Source: a virus. Taken from it: a stretch of DNA of 64,000 nt. This document shows positions 17,589 through 27,687 of this stretch, in pieces; position 1 is the first letter of the stretch; every line of letters begins with the position of its first letter. Made by a program: the position numbers and the translations under genes. A model generated the notes under the pieces. The model saw only the letters and a list, made by a program, of their open reading frames with translations, did not search any database and was not told where the DNA came from. The stretch is from the IMG/VR virus record IMGVR_UViG_3300014656_000015; one strand, 5' to 3'.

Positions 17589-20500
17589 CTAGTGCCGTAC
17601 CAGATGCACCCGATCCTGGTTGGCGCTGATCACCTCGGCCGGCTGGACATATTGTGGCTCGACCATGGCACCGGGACGGGTAGCTCCGTAGCCCGGTGGG
17701 ATGACAAAGGGCTCGGTGCGCATTGCGTAGCGCCCGCTGTGCGTAGCCTGCTGCGCCGCGTAGGTACCCTTGCCGGGCTCCGGCATCTGATTGAAGGCCC
17801 AGCTGTGCGCCTTGCCCGTTGGATCGACGAGCCGAAGATCCAGATGATCACCCCTGACTGCGGCTGGGTGCTTGGAAAGGCTAACGGTCCATTCCTGGTT
17901 CGCGGCTCGCTCCTTTACCTTTGGAATCGGCTTGATTCTGCGCCCCGCCGGGATGCCAGGGGCGAACTCGGCAGCACCCTTCTCCTTCCCAGCGATCAAC
18001 CCCAGGACCTGGTCGTTCAGACGTTGCTTCTGGGCAGCGGTGTCGTAGAGTATGTCCTCGACGCCGCGCTTCGGCCCGAAGAACCCAAGGGGTCGGGCCG
18101 CGTAGCGTTCGACCTCAACTACCCTCTGCTCCGGCGGCAGATGGTCATGGGAGCCGAGACGCCGCGCTCTCCCGATCACCTGCTGCAGCTTCTCCTCGTT
18201 CCAGTGTGGCTCCAGCACCTGGACCTGCCGTGTCCCCTTCAGGTCCAGACCCTCACCCCCCGCTCCGGACACCAGCAGGGCCTTCAACCGTCCCTCATTG
18301 TAATCACGAACGTTCTGTTCCCGGACCCGCCGCGGGGTATCCCCACGGAAGAAGGCATGGGGCACGCCGTCCGCTGTCAGCTGGTCCGAGTAGTCATTCA
18401 GCGTACCCAGGTAGTTGGCGTAGACCACCGCCCGGTGCTCCGGATCCGTCTCGATTCGAGACTTCAGGCTCCCCACCGCGGCCAGGATCTTGGGGGAGGG
18501 CTCCGCCGCTGTGTCGTCCGTGACGTACTTCCGCTCCGAGCTCGATATCTGACGGGACTGCGACTGGAATCGGTTGATCCTGGCCAGGTCCTGCTTGTCC
18601 GGGGGGAGCCCCTTCCGCAACCGGATCCGTGTCATCAGCGGCAGCTCGCCCCAGGCCGCATCGTGGAGCTGGGACTGGCGTCGCGTCATGTCTGTATCGA
18701 CTCGACGCTCCACCAGCTCGGGAAACCCCTCGGACGTGCTGCCGTGGTAGTCGACCCAGCGATTGAGCACATCCCCGAGCTCCTTGTGCCTGACGATCTT
18801 CGGCTCCTTCTGTGCCCAGGGATTGATGGTCGTCAACAGCCCCCTACCCGGCTTCTGGACGTAACGTTGACGAAACTCGGATCCTTCTCGTAGCGCTTTG
18901 CCCCCAGCAGCCAGATTGACCAGGGTGGCAATGTCCTCAGGCTGATTGTAGACCGGTGAAGCGGTAAGCAGCAGACGCTTTCCAGCATCGCTTCTCTGCA
19001 GAAGCTGGTAGCCCTTCGATTGCGGATTGCGGACGTGGTGGGCCTCATCCACGACCAGAACGTCGGCCCGAGGCGGGCGCCCGTCCTTGATGGCCTTCTG
19101 CAACGACTCCACTTTGATGGGGAGCCCGCCACGAACATGCTTCTGGATCTCCTTCCTATAATTCTCCTGTAGCGCGGCCGGCACCAGCACACGCGCCTGA
19201 TCCGGATTCAGATCCACAATGGCACCCAACGAGCTCAGGGTCTTGCCGGACCCCGTACCGTGCGCCACCACCAGACCAGGTTGCTCCCGTATTCGTTCGA
19301 TCACACGCTGCTGATGTGGGAGGAGGCTGGATCGGAGCTGCGCCCCCGCCTTTCTCATGCTGAACTTGGCGAGCGGGTTGAAGAGCGGGATGCCCCGTGG
19401 ATCGTATCCCTCAAGCCGGGTCACGACATTGGTCCGACCCAGGTTCTTCATGCTGCTGCCCAGCCCCAGCTCGGAACGTCTGGCGATGGCCGTGGCCTGC
19501 TCCGGACTCAAGCCGGCCTGACGCAGCATGTTGAGGTCCTGAACGAACCTCGGGGCCGGCACGACCCCCGGGGTGAGGGACGGGACGTCGAACGATGCCG
19601 GAACCGTCCGGGGTGTGGCCGCCATCGGAGCCGATACCGGAGGGCTGGCCCGCACCGCCCGCTGCAGCGCTGCCTGACGATCGGAGACCGTCAATGGACG
19701 CGGGGCCAGACCCCGAGATGGGACCACCGTTCCAGTCGGACCCGTTGCAGCCGACGAGACAGGTACCATGGTCCTGCCCGGAGCCATGGTACGCGGAAAC
19801 GCTTCCGTGCTGGCCAGCGGCCGGGATACAGAACCGGGACGGGCCACACGGGTCCCCGCCATGGTGGACTGAGACAGGGCCGGGACCGGAGGGGGTGTGA
19901 TGAGGGTGCGCGGTAGGGGTCCTGGGGTGGCGCGGGCCGGAATGCTTGCGGCTCCTCCGGTCCGGAACATACGCATGACGCTGCTCCCCGCACCCCGCAG
20001 CTTCTGACCGAGAGACGTCATGTGCTTCACCGCGGAGCCTACGGCTCCCGCGCTTGGGATCGACAACGCCGTCTTATGGATGGCACCTGTGCCCCCACGC
20101 TCCTCCTCCTCCTCCTCCTCCTTCAGCGAGCTCATACGCTGCCCCCGGGGCGCGTCCGGGTCATAGCGACGGGTCGCGGCGATCTCGGCCCACTTCCCAT
20201 TCTTCTTCTTGAGGAGCTCTATCCCGGGCCCCACATGGTTCTCACAAACGTGGAAAGCTGCTCGGCCATCGGCCCAGATGATGGCCCGGGTCGCGGGTTC
20301 GGCGCATTCCGGATAACGACAGGTCCGAACGACCCGATCCGCCCCCGCCTTCACGATCCCAGTTATCTGATGCGGGGCCTTGTCCGCGCGTCGGATCGCC
20401 TCGAAGAGGTGCTTCTGGCAAGCCCACAGAGTCAGTGGCCCCGAGAAGGGCTTGTCGTGGCCGACGTAGCCGACACCAGCAACGGCAGGCTGTTGGCACC

Positions 20501-20849
20501 CATTGATCAAACACGTCTTCTTACGCTCGGCCCCCTCCTTTACCTCCGTAGCATGCACCCGTACCCGAATCTCCTCCGTCTCCTCCCTATATCCCGCTGG
20601 CTGCTCCCGACCCTCCTTGTCTACCCCCGGCTCCTCCCCCCACGGATCCGACTGGATCTGGCTGAACTCGGGTGCGGTGTCCCGTACCAGGGCCGTGTCA
20701 TGCCGCTCCTGGGGGGAGAGGAGATCGGAGGGGCGCGGGGACTGCCGACTCAGCAGAGTCTCCACGCGGAGCGGACGGATGCCGCTCCTCGTCTTCATGT
20801 GCCCACCCTCACGCCGACGCAGGCCAGCCGTCTTCATGGTCTTCATCAT
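17589..20849 (-). CDS. modular protein: low-complexity/Zn modules + SNF2-like helicase + LigD 3'-phosphoesterase-like domain
   Basis: HGTGSGKT, VVDEAHH, LLTASP, GGEGLDL, EPHWN...QVIGRARRLGSH; C-terminal H.DLRL...HSWA...H...Y of the LigD PE domain. Confidence 0.85.
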   Translation of the reverse strand: MMKTMKTAGLRRREGGHMKTRSGIRPLRVETLLSRQSPRPSDLLSPQERHDTALVRDTAPEFSQIQSDPWGEEPGVDKEGREQPAGYREETEEIRVRVHATEVKEGAERKKTCLINGCQQPAVAGVGYVGHDKPFSGPLTLWACQKHLFEAIRRADKAPHQITGIVKAGADRVVRTCRYPECAEPATRAIIWADGRAAFHVCENHVGPGIELLKKKNGKWAEIAATRRYDPDAPRGQRMSSLKEEEEEEERGGTGAIHKTALSIPSAGAVGSAVKHMTSLGQKLRGAGSSVMRMFRTGGAASIPARATPGPLPRTLITPPPVPALSQSTMAGTRVARPGSVSRPLASTEAFPRTMAPGRTMVPVSSAATGPTGTVVPSRGLAPRPLTVSDRQAALQRAVRASPPVSAPMAATPRTVPASFDVPSLTPGVVPAPRFVQDLNMLRQAGLSPEQATAIARRSELGLGSSMKNLGRTNVVTRLEGYDPRGIPLFNPLAKFSMRKAGAQLRSSLLPHQQRVIERIREQPGLVVAHGTGSGKTLSSLGAIVDLNPDQARVLVPAALQENYRKEIQKHVRGGLPIKVESLQKAIKDGRPPRADVLVVDEAHHVRNPQSKGYQLLQRSDAGKRLLLTASPVYNQPEDIATLVNLAAGGKALREGSEFRQRYVQKPGRGLLTTINPWAQKEPKIVRHKELGDVLNRWVDYHGSTSEGFPELVERRVDTDMTRRQSQLHDAAWGELPLMTRIRLRKGLPPDKQDLARINRFQSQSRQISSSERKYVTDDTAAEPSPKILAAVGSLKSRIETDPEHRAVVYANYLGTLNDYSDQLTADGVPHAFFRGDTPRRVREQNVRDYNEGRLKALLVSGAGGEGLDLKGTRQVQVLEPHWNEEKLQQVIGRARRLGSHDHLPPEQRVVEVERYAARPLGFFGPKRGVEDILYDTAAQKQRLNDQVLGLIAGKEKGAAEFAPGIPAGRRIKPIPKVKERAANQEWTVSLSKHPAAVRGDHLDLRLVDPTGKAHSWAFNQMPEPGKGTYAAQQATHSGRYAMRTEPFVIPPGYGATRPGAMVEPQYVQPAEVISANQDRVHLVRH

Positions 20850-20930
20850 ACAAGACTACGAGGTCCTCAACCAGACCAAGAAGAATCACGATATAAGGGG
20901 AACGGAAACCCTAACGGAAAGGAGCCAACT

Positions 20931-21620
20931 ATGATGGAGAAGAACACCTGTTTCGTCTGGCGTATTGCCAGTCACGACCCCGAGCTGGGGAGGACCCGCC
21001 TCCTCATCCCAACGGAGACCGTATGCGGTCGCTACGAGGAGCAGGAGCTGGAGTTCGTGAACCGGGAAGACGCGCTCCGGGTTCGGGCACAGCACGCGGT
21101 GGAGCCCGACCTCTGGATCCTGTGCACGAAGACGGAGACGGTGCAGCCGGAGGCGCTGCACCCTGCCCTGCAGAAGTTGCTGGACCGACTCGATCGTCTC
21201 GAGCCGGACCACGAGGCCCTCTCGGAGTGGGTACACGCTGCCCACGCGGACCTGGCCGAGGTCGTGTGCCGCAACGGCTCCGAGGCCCAGCTCCGGATGC
21301 TCGAGACACATCTCGGCCACGACCGCCTGCTGGAGGAGCTGACCCTACTGCTAGGCCTGAAGGAGACGGTAAGCATGGTGTCCCGAATCGAGCAGAGGCT
21401 CGACGTGCAGGATGCCCGACACATCCTGCGAAACGTGGAGTGCGACGTGCACTTCTACTGCTCGATCTGCAAGAAGATGTGCCCGCCGGGGTACGTGATC
21501 GAGCTCTGCAGCAGCATGGAGCACGTCAGATCCCGCTGTTGCATCAGCCACGAAGATTTCGAGGTTGACTGGGAGCGCTGGCTTCTCTGCCCACCCCAAT
21601 CTCCTACCAAGGAGGAATGA
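20931..21620 (+). CDS. hypothetical protein (C-terminal Cys cluster)
   Basis: ATG at 20931 behind AAAGGAG and an ATATAAG box; 3' part of track ORF 20022..21620. Confidence 0.75.
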   Translation: MMEKNTCFVWRIASHDPELGRTRLLIPTETVCGRYEEQELEFVNREDALRVRAQHAVEPDLWILCTKTETVQPEALHPALQKLLDRLDRLEPDHEALSEWVHAAHADLAEVVCRNGSEAQLRMLETHLGHDRLLEELTLLLGLKETVSMVSRIEQRLDVQDARHILRNVECDVHFYCSICKKMCPPGYVIELCSSMEHVRSRCCISHEDFEVDWERWLLCPPQSPTKEE

Positions 21621-21633
21621 GGACCTCCGCCTG

Positions 21634-21670
21634 CGCCAGGATGTTCCCTGGCGTTCCCCCCTTAGCCATC
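21634..21670 (+). terminator. hairpin + CCTTAGC terminator-like element
   Basis: CGCCAGG-n6-CCTGGCG then TTCCCCCCTTAGCCATC, between convergent genes. Confidence 0.6.
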
Positions 21671-21672
21671 CA

Positions 21673-24600
21673 TCACCCGAGCTGCGCCTTGCTGGCCCAG
21701 AGCTTCTCGACGTACTCCATCACCCTGTCGGCCCGGTCCGCCCGCTTGTCCAGCCGGCGCAGGTTGTCCGCCACGTCCTCGTCCTCCCGTACATCGATAC
21801 CAAGTATCTGGCGGATCGGGCGACCCGATACATCGGTCCGCGGGACCAGGTTGCGCAGGTTGCGGCCGTTCTCGCCGTGACCAAAGGCGCGGCTGTGCAT
21901 CCCTTCGGTGCCCGTCACCTCGCCCGTCTCCGGATTGATGCTCAGGTTCCGACCACCCAGCATCTCCACCAGGTTCGCTATGGGCCGCTCCGTATAGGCC
22001 TGGACGAACTCGACCACGTCCATCTCGTTGTGGCGCAGCGCACTGTAGGTCCGGACCAGGAGGTCGATGGCCCGCTCCACCGTGATCTCGATCCCGGCGT
22101 CCTGATGCGTGGCGCCGTCGGCCCGGATCGGATCCTGAGCCTGTGCGCTCGTCTCGGCCTCCGCATCCCGGTCCGCCTCCTCACTCGAATCCATCGTGAA
22201 GCCCTCATCGGTCTGCATCACGATGCTGTCCGTGATCGAGCCGGTGCCGAAGAACTGCTGGTAGGCACTCCCGATCTGCTCGTTGGACCAGACGTCGCTC
22301 ATCCAGGGGGGCCGTAGCAGGTCCTCGATGGGAATGGTCACGAGCCGCTCCGTGGTCCGGTCGATACTCTCCGTGATGTCGTAGGCCCCGAACTCGAGCA
22401 TGACGTCGTCACCACCGGCCAGCGTGACGACCTCGGGACCATAGGCCTCGGCCCGCTGCCGGATACCGACCCGAACCATGACGCTGTAGGTCTGCGGCCG
22501 GCTCGAGCCGAAGGTACCGAAGAGGCGGTAGGACCCCGTGGTCCGATTCGATGCGGAGACCGCGGTAATCGTGCCGCGGTTCGGACCGATCTGACCCTCC
22601 TGCGGAGGCCTATCGGTGGGAGCCGCCACCGTGCTGTTCTGGGTCCGGGTACCCGCCTCCTGCCGACGCCGGCTCATCACGTTGGCCCCGAGCAGCTCCT
22701 CCGTATCCCGATGGGTTCGAGCCGACGACAAGGCGTAACTGGTGCTCGCACTGTCCTGGGACACGTTGTGGGTGAGCTGGGCCACGAGTCCCACGAATTG
22801 AGTCGGGACGGTCTCACGCAGCGCGAGCCAGGCGTCGCTGGGACCCTCCTCCACATAGGAGCTGCGTAGACCGAATTCCTGCCACTCCTCGGTCTCCTCC
22901 CTATCATCCAGCTCCTCTCGCACCCGGGCCCAGCCACGCTGCCGGGCCGCATCGAGCAGAGCGTTGCCCCGGAGATCGGCCAGCCGGACCTGCTCCTCCG
23001 TCATGTAACGATCCATGACCACGGCGGGGAACCCTGGGGCCATGTAGGGGTTGAAGCGGCCACTGACTGAAACCGACCTGGACGCCCACCGGCTCTTGAA
23101 GAACTGGAAGTCGGCAGCCCGCATCGCGTAGGGCACCGCAACGCCACGTACCGAGACCTGATTGCTGCGCCCCGCGACCAGGTTGACCTCGTTCATTCGC
23201 TCGAAGACCGGAATGACCCCGCTGTACAGCTCATGCTCCATCACACGCTGCGCATAGGCGGCCCGGCTCAGCGTGGAGTTCTCCCCGCTGGACCCCCGGC
23301 CCTGCCGCACTCGAGCCCCGAGCACCTCGACATCGGGCGCGAAGTAGATGTTGTCCAGCAGGGAGTTCGGGCCGAAGATCTCGTCGGAGACGGTAAGCCT
23401 GAGCCTGGTGATCTCCCGCAGGTACTGTCGGGAGAACTGGAGCTCGTTGTAGAGCTCGGGGAAGATCACGTTGCAGCGGGGCGGGGCCACCATGAAGATG
23501 TCGGGCCGAATGATCTGGTTGTAGAGCCGACCCGAGGTCGTAACGGTCTCCGTTCTATCACCGTGCGTGGAGACGTCTCGATTAGCTTGGGCCAGCGCCT
23601 GGGATGCGGACTGCAAACGGGAATGTGCCTCACTGTAGGCCGCCTGCCCATCGCCGTTCAGGACCTCTCGGTATGAAGAGGCAGGTAGGGGGCGGTACTC
23701 ACCGGACGCGGTGTAGGGGGAGCGGGGGACCGCAGCCTCGAGCGTCCCGCCCGTGGTCATGGTCTCGAACCTACGAGTCAGCGTAGCGAGCCTGCGCAGC
23801 TCCTGGCCCGCACGGTGCAGGTCGCTATGCACACTCTGCAGCCCGTACTGGGACATGTGCGTGGCTACCCTATCCTTGGAGCGCACCACGGCAGTTGTCA
23901 GGTTCTCCATCTGTCGTGAGAGTCCGCCCACACGTATCAATCCATGATAGTTGCTGAAGGTCACCAGAGTACGCCACTGCTGAAAGACCTGATCAAAGAT
24001 CTCCTCCCCCTCCGGAGTCCCGGAGAACCGGACGTTAGCCGTTCCAGTACGCACCCTGCGGGTTCGCTCGAACTCGTCAGGGGCCTGGTACCGTGCAATG
24101 GGACAGGGAACCGTGTCGTGGTAGATGAAGCGGTTGAGCTGGTTCAGGATCTCCCGGAACGAAGCGATCTGGCCCAGCCGACCCCCGGCCGATCTGGACC
24201 AGGCGTTGAAGGCACGACGCGGGAAGAGACGTTGGGACGAAGTATCGTCCTCCGACGCCCCGATCATGTCGATCAGGTGCAATCGGAGCTCGGCCAGCGA
24301 GAAGAAGTCGTTGACTCCTTTGAACCCCCTGTGACTGGTGTAGACCCCTCCGACACGCTCCAGGAGATGCACCACGCCGGACAGGAGGCCGGTCAGCTCG
24401 GGCCTGGACACCGACCTGCGCCGGACCACGTCCACGATGGTCTCGGTCGGGCTCGAGAAGAAGGTATCGAACAGGTTGGTGCCCGCACCAACAAAGTGAG
24501 CCGTGGCGTTACCGTGCAGGCTGGCCACATTGACCTGGTACTGGTAGCAGGTGTCCCAGTACACGGACGGATCCAGACACTGCAGCACGATGGCACGCTG

Positions 24601-25143
24601 CCCCTGGCTCTTCATGTACTGGAACCCGATGATCTCGCCGCAGAAGAACAGCTTCCATCGCCGATCCAGCACATCGGGATCCTCAGCCAGCTCCGGGGGC
24701 AGGCCCATGAGCTCGAGCTCGGCCGGCATGTCACGGAGATTGGCATTATGTTCCACGTGCAACGGAGCGGCCCGACGCGGTTCCTGATCGCCGAGGTCCA
24801 CGCTATCCACCTCAAGCACGTCGGCCTCGTCCGGCTCGATTCCAGCAGTCACCTCCTCATTGCTGGGCGGGTCGCCAAGGTTCTCCGGCATTGGCATCAG
24901 GCCCACATCGGCAACGGCTTCCGGCTCACCGGAACGTACGCTGCGTAACGCGCTGGGCGGCCTCGGATCGAGAAAGAAGACATGGACCAGGGTCCGTGGA
25001 TGGAAGCGAAAGGCCTCATCGGTCGCCGGGATCTGGATCTGGCAGGCTGCCGGGGCGTTGTAGCCGACAGTCTGGGAGGCCGCCACGATCGGGACCTCGA
25101 TGCCCTCCAGGAAGCAGCGAAGCCGCAGGACCACGGTGGCCAT
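21673..25143 (-). CDS. baseplate hub / tail-associated protein
   Basis: 1156 aa; CFLEGIEVPI...ACQIQIP, LFFCGEIIGF, GRFNPYMAPGFP and TSYAL patterns recall gp27-like hub proteins. Confidence 0.55.
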   Translation of the reverse strand: MATVVLRLRCFLEGIEVPIVAASQTVGYNAPAACQIQIPATDEAFRFHPRTLVHVFFLDPRPPSALRSVRSGEPEAVADVGLMPMPENLGDPPSNEEVTAGIEPDEADVLEVDSVDLGDQEPRRAAPLHVEHNANLRDMPAELELMGLPPELAEDPDVLDRRWKLFFCGEIIGFQYMKSQGQRAIVLQCLDPSVYWDTCYQYQVNVASLHGNATAHFVGAGTNLFDTFFSSPTETIVDVVRRRSVSRPELTGLLSGVVHLLERVGGVYTSHRGFKGVNDFFSLAELRLHLIDMIGASEDDTSSQRLFPRRAFNAWSRSAGGRLGQIASFREILNQLNRFIYHDTVPCPIARYQAPDEFERTRRVRTGTANVRFSGTPEGEEIFDQVFQQWRTLVTFSNYHGLIRVGGLSRQMENLTTAVVRSKDRVATHMSQYGLQSVHSDLHRAGQELRRLATLTRRFETMTTGGTLEAAVPRSPYTASGEYRPLPASSYREVLNGDGQAAYSEAHSRLQSASQALAQANRDVSTHGDRTETVTTSGRLYNQIIRPDIFMVAPPRCNVIFPELYNELQFSRQYLREITRLRLTVSDEIFGPNSLLDNIYFAPDVEVLGARVRQGRGSSGENSTLSRAAYAQRVMEHELYSGVIPVFERMNEVNLVAGRSNQVSVRGVAVPYAMRAADFQFFKSRWASRSVSVSGRFNPYMAPGFPAVVMDRYMTEEQVRLADLRGNALLDAARQRGWARVREELDDREETEEWQEFGLRSSYVEEGPSDAWLALRETVPTQFVGLVAQLTHNVSQDSASTSYALSSARTHRDTEELLGANVMSRRRQEAGTRTQNSTVAAPTDRPPQEGQIGPNRGTITAVSASNRTTGSYRLFGTFGSSRPQTYSVMVRVGIRQRAEAYGPEVVTLAGGDDVMLEFGAYDITESIDRTTERLVTIPIEDLLRPPWMSDVWSNEQIGSAYQQFFGTGSITDSIVMQTDEGFTMDSSEEADRDAEAETSAQAQDPIRADGATHQDAGIEITVERAIDLLVRTYSALRHNEMDVVEFVQAYTERPIANLVEMLGGRNLSINPETGEVTGTEGMHSRAFGHGENGRNLRNLVPRTDVSGRPIRQILGIDVREDEDVADNLRRLDKRADRADRVMEYVEKLWASKAQLG

Positions 25144-26414
25144 CAGAGCAACCCCCCTCCCGGAATGGCCACCATGCCGAAGGGTACGTCACGTACCCGC
25201 ATTGGGGGACGGCTCGAGGCGGAGCCCGTGTACATGGAGGATCGACTGCTGGACGCCAGGCGAAGCCCGCCCCGAGACACGATCTCCTGGTTCGCTCGGC
25301 CCGCCCGCCCCATCATGTCCCAGTACGCTTCACTGCCGCAACCGTCGAAGGCCGTCCCATCACTGCCATAAATGGCTCCGGCCATGAGGTCGTCCACGCC
25401 CTGGTCCATCCGGAGCCAGCTCTGATCCATGCCCACGCCGACGTCGTAGTCCTTGCTGGACGCGCCGGGCCCGACAAACTCGTCCTCGTTGTCCCGGAAC
25501 ATGCCCCGGATCGGGACGTTGCGCGCCGGGTCCATGTACCCGCCAAAGCCTGGCACGACTCCACCAAGCAGGGACACGGCGCTCCGAGCCCGAGACACGA
25601 AGGAGGCAATGGAGGGGTCCCCGCCGGAGATTACACCCTGCCGCAAGGTGTCGGCCAGCAAACCCAGATCCCCGTAGGTCTGGATGGCCGCAGTACTCTG
25701 GTAGCTGAAGACGTTTCGGCTCGAGTGCCAGATCTGCAGCGCCCGGTCATAGCTCCCGAGCTGGGTATAGTCCAGGTCGTCGCCCACCGGGCTCGGGAAC
25801 TGGGGGGCGCCAATCCTGGAGATGTTGGTGTAGCCGGTCAAATACATCTGGAAGCTGAATGGGACCAGGTGGCTGTCCGCGCTCTTCATCCCGGACGCGG
25901 CCACCATGAGCCCCTCCGCGATCACGTCGTCGTAGATCAGATAGAGCCGGGCCCCGAGCTCCACGAGCCGGGTGCCCCGGAAGTACCTGTCGTAGTTCTC
26001 CCAGAACTCGGCTTCCCAGTTGAAGTCCCCCGTGTTCAGCAGGATTCCTTCAACCTTGAGCATGCGGGGCGCCTCCCCGAACACGAAGATGTATTCCTCC
26101 CCGAACGTGCTCACGACCTGGGTCTTCTCGTGCCGCTCCTCGCTGACTCGGTTGACGAAGAAGTTGGTCCAGTACGTGGTCGTCTGCTCCCCGGTGTCTT
26201 CCACAAAGGTCTCGCCAGCCGCGTCGATCACTGGCAAGAAGTGCCCGTTGGGACCCATGATCCGGATCGCGGCGAAGGTCTCCTCCTTGAGCTGGATACC
26301 CCGAGTCGGCCGACGGACCGCCAGGGCACGCTGCTCTCCCAGCCCGGCCTGGTGCGCGTAGTCCTCACGGTACCGGCTATGGGGTTCGGTCCTGGCCTCG
26401 ATGTAGACGGTCAT
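25143..26414 (-). CDS. putative tail tube-initiator/baseplate protein
   Basis: EKTQVVSTFGEEYIFVFGEAP.ML.VEGIL...FSFQM pattern; coupled to hub gene. Confidence 0.5.
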   Translation of the reverse strand: MTVYIEARTEPHSRYREDYAHQAGLGEQRALAVRRPTRGIQLKEETFAAIRIMGPNGHFLPVIDAAGETFVEDTGEQTTTYWTNFFVNRVSEERHEKTQVVSTFGEEYIFVFGEAPRMLKVEGILLNTGDFNWEAEFWENYDRYFRGTRLVELGARLYLIYDDVIAEGLMVAASGMKSADSHLVPFSFQMYLTGYTNISRIGAPQFPSPVGDDLDYTQLGSYDRALQIWHSSRNVFSYQSTAAIQTYGDLGLLADTLRQGVISGGDPSIASFVSRARSAVSLLGGVVPGFGGYMDPARNVPIRGMFRDNEDEFVGPGASSKDYDVGVGMDQSWLRMDQGVDDLMAGAIYGSDGTAFDGCGSEAYWDMMGRAGRANQEIVSRGGLRLASSSRSSMYTGSASSRPPMRVRDVPFGMVAIPGGGLL

Positions 26415-26603
26415 GCCCCTCAGTCTAGGTCATCCGGGGCTAAGGGAAAAGGAGGATCGGTGTCCGGAGGAATCGGAGCGGGCCCGGGCAGGACCAGCAC
26501 CGTCCCGCACCGCCTGCACTCGTAAATCGTATGGATCACCTGATCCGGCCCGAGGTACGACTCGCACTCGATCAAGTCGTGGGCACAGATCGACACGGCG
26601 CGC

Positions 26604-27635
26604 TCACTGCCGAAACGGGAGGTCGGCCGGATCCGAAGCCGCCTCGAAGGGGCGCTGCATGAGGGCACGAACGAAGCGCTTCGTGTAATGGTTCCGCTTC
26701 ACTCCCAGGAAGAACTTGGAGCTCCAGATCCGGTAGACCACGTGCTGCGGCCTGGCGTAGTGAAACACGGGATGGATGCGTGCCGCGGTCACCGCAGCGC
26801 TCAACGCCTCGTCCGGAGTGTGCCCGGGCCAGTCCTGGGACCATCCCGCCAGTCCCACCCCGACCCGAGGCTTGCCGTCCTCGATGCCCGGGATCAGCAG
26901 GGCACGATCCAGACTCATTGTTTGCATCCGACCCGGACCGTAGCTATGGGTCCACGGCACGTTCCAGCTCTCCCACTTGCCATCGGACTCCTTGCTCCGA
27001 CGCCGACGAACCGCGGTGCTGTAGCACTGGAGCCAGAGCAGATCGAGCCGGTCCGTGACATCGGCCCGGCTCCCACCCTCGGCATGACCCGGAAGCGTTG
27101 TGGCAGCCATGTTGAAATACGTCTTGCCGCAGGAGGCGCAGAGGCCCGGCTTGGGGCCCGGAACGGCAATGAAACAGGTACAGTGATGCAGCGCGGCCCG
27201 AACCCTCCGCTTGGCCTCGACCAGGCGATCCCCAGCCAGATCCAGCGCGGTCCGCACGACCCGGCCCTTCCCGTCCCGCTCCGCCTTGAAGCCAGCGACC
27301 ATCCTGGGCTGCCAGTTGAACTCGAGATCGCTCTCCCATTCATGGAATGGAAAGGCTCGGGTCCACTCCAGCATGGAACGCTCGATGGCTGCAATTACGG
27401 CAGGATCCGGGAAGGACCAGGTCGTGAGGCCCAGATACAGGTTACGTGCCTCGGCCAGCTTGCTGACCGTCGCCAGTTGCTTCGTGGACCATCTCGGATC
27501 CCAGGCACGGCTCGTCTCATCCAGCATGATCGCGATGCCGCTGATCCCGCTGTCCACAAGCTCGTCGAAGTACGCCGGTGTGCAGACCAGCTTTGGCGGG
27601 TCGTCTACCCAGAGCTCGAAGGAAACGTCTCTCAT
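26604..27635 (-). CDS. hypothetical protein, possibly TIM-barrel hydrolase-like
   Basis: 343 aa, Trp-rich, ESDLEF and WLQCYS segments; RBS AGGAGGAG. Confidence 0.5.
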   Translation of the reverse strand: MRDVSFELWVDDPPKLVCTPAYFDELVDSGISGIAIMLDETSRAWDPRWSTKQLATVSKLAEARNLYLGLTTWSFPDPAVIAAIERSMLEWTRAFPFHEWESDLEFNWQPRMVAGFKAERDGKGRVVRTALDLAGDRLVEAKRRVRAALHHCTCFIAVPGPKPGLCASCGKTYFNMAATTLPGHAEGGSRADVTDRLDLLWLQCYSTAVRRRRSKESDGKWESWNVPWTHSYGPGRMQTMSLDRALLIPGIEDGKPRVGVGLAGWSQDWPGHTPDEALSAAVTAARIHPVFHYARPQHVVYRIWSSKFFLGVKRNHYTKRFVRALMQRPFEAASDPADLPFRQ

Positions 27636-27687
27636 GCTCTCCTCCTGAGCAAAGGATAGCTGGTATGGTTCGGTGCCACAACCAGGT

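Noticed and set aside
17589-17591. Genome-wide TAG reassignment
   Set aside because: Many genes end in TAG followed directly by the next RBS or start, and long genes are otherwise unbroken
26440-26447. TCCCTTAG on the minus strand as another terminator
   Set aside because: No convincing hairpin precedes it, so it was not counted
87-26525. Long plus-strand ORFs (e.g. 16830..18893, 24891..26525, 5' parts of 2546..4012 and 20022..21620)
   Set aside because: Antisense shadows of GC-rich minus-strand genes; only the 3' parts with an RBS were kept
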